Source of the DNA: Balanoglossus misakiensis
Lineage: Eukaryota > Animalia > Hemichordata
NCBI GenBank assembly: GCA_040954595.2
Contig: CM082593.2
Location: 7,786,043-7,850,042 of the forward strand
Direction: 5' to 3'
DNA: 64,000 nucleotides
In this document: positions 63,021 to 64,000 of the stretch, piece by piece
How the letters are laid out: each line of letters starts with the position of its first letter
How positions within the stretch are numbered: the first letter of the stretch is position 1
The notes under the pieces: model-generated
Seen by the model: only the letters and a program-made list of their open reading frames with translations
Database searches by the model: none
What the model was told of the DNA's origin: nothing
Program-made: the position numbers and the translations under genes

Positions 63021-64000
63021 CATATGTAGGGCTCACTTCACGGTAATGATCACTGTAAGCGATTACCCAGCAAAAATCTACAGGGGGTAGGGTCGTTGAA
63101 TCCGATTGACATAGTTTGCACTGCAATGTGAGGACAAAAGAGGTACTTATATGGAAATCACACACGACACACATATGATGTAATGTTGAACACTTTGGTA
63201 TATTATCATAAATCTACCAACAATAAAGTGCACTCATGAACTTTACAAACTCTGAAAATCAACACTTATTTGTATTGAAAAAGATACAAATGTCCCCAGT
63301 GTACGATATGCTGTGAAATATCGCGAAGTCAACAGCTGTGACAGTTCCACTGGTACACAGTCCGACAAACGCAGTTGTACTTCAGTCAGGTTTCCACACG
63401 TAGCGGCATTCACATCAGGCACACAGCAAACCTTGGCAGAGGATTCCGGTGTCCGCGAGCCCGCATAACACAAAGGCAATTCTGTATGGCCAACACACAG
63501 CAGTCTATGGCTTCTCGAAATTACTGAATAATTCCTCTTCAGAATCAATGTGTTCTATACGCTGGAAATACTGAACCATCTCAGCACTCGGCGAGTGTCC
63601 TGAACTGTTGTATCACTCAATAACTCTAACACGAACGGCTATATAAACTGAGACCCGTAACGTTCTGTCTCAGTGACTGTCAAAAGTTTAGCATGAAGCC
63701 AAAGTTCCAACTACGAGAATTCCCTCACCGTGACTCTATCATGAGCATGGATCGCCTCCACACGAACAAGTCTCACCGTAAAAGATCGACAATGTCTCTG
63801 CACCCAGTGACGGCTGTTGACAATAGTTCCGTCGATAAATATACGTGATCACAGCTGGAGTCGCTGTTAGTATTACTAACAGTACAGCAGCTCCCTCGGT
63901 CGGCCACGTGATATTTCCTACCTCAGAGTCAGTTCGATGTAATACCAAAAGTCAGCTCTGAATCCTCGCTAAACTCAGTCCGCCAGATCGCTGAATGTGT

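Noticed and set aside
57000-64000. Expected upstream RNF213 exon (..AACNPY..)
   Set aside because: Not found by eye; presumably beyond the window after an intron longer than 7 kb.
1-64000. Prokaryotic operon or defence system, tRNA/rRNA genes
   Set aside because: The sequence shows spliceosomal exon-intron structure throughout, and I recognised no RNA-gene motifs.

Overview
AT-rich animal genomic DNA, probably a marine invertebrate (inference from intron and repeat landscape). The window holds the central-to-C-terminal part of one large gene on the minus strand: an RNF213 (mysterin) orthologue. I traced 41 coding exons by hand from 56994 down to 115. Splice phases are mutually consistent, giving about 6.75 kb of CDS or about 2250 aa. 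They cover the AAA+ core (Walker A GKPGSSKS, Walker B VVVLDEVG), a C3HC4 RING and the RZ finger. Both gene ends lie outside the window. The introns are packed with non-autonomous DNA transposons: Helentron/HINE-like families, hairpin-tail Crypton-like elements sharing a GAGCCGCAGGCGA-type loop, TTAA-flanked Kolobok-like and piggyBac-like elements, TA-flanked Tc1/pogo MITEs, and a LINE 3' fragment. Highlights are a 7-kb HINE cluster that looks like repeated self-nested insertion (5 bodies followed by 4 stacked terminal hairpins), a four-level transposon nest inside the intron that splits the RZ finger, a His-to-Tyr change at a proposed catalytic RZ position, and a probable GC-AG intron.
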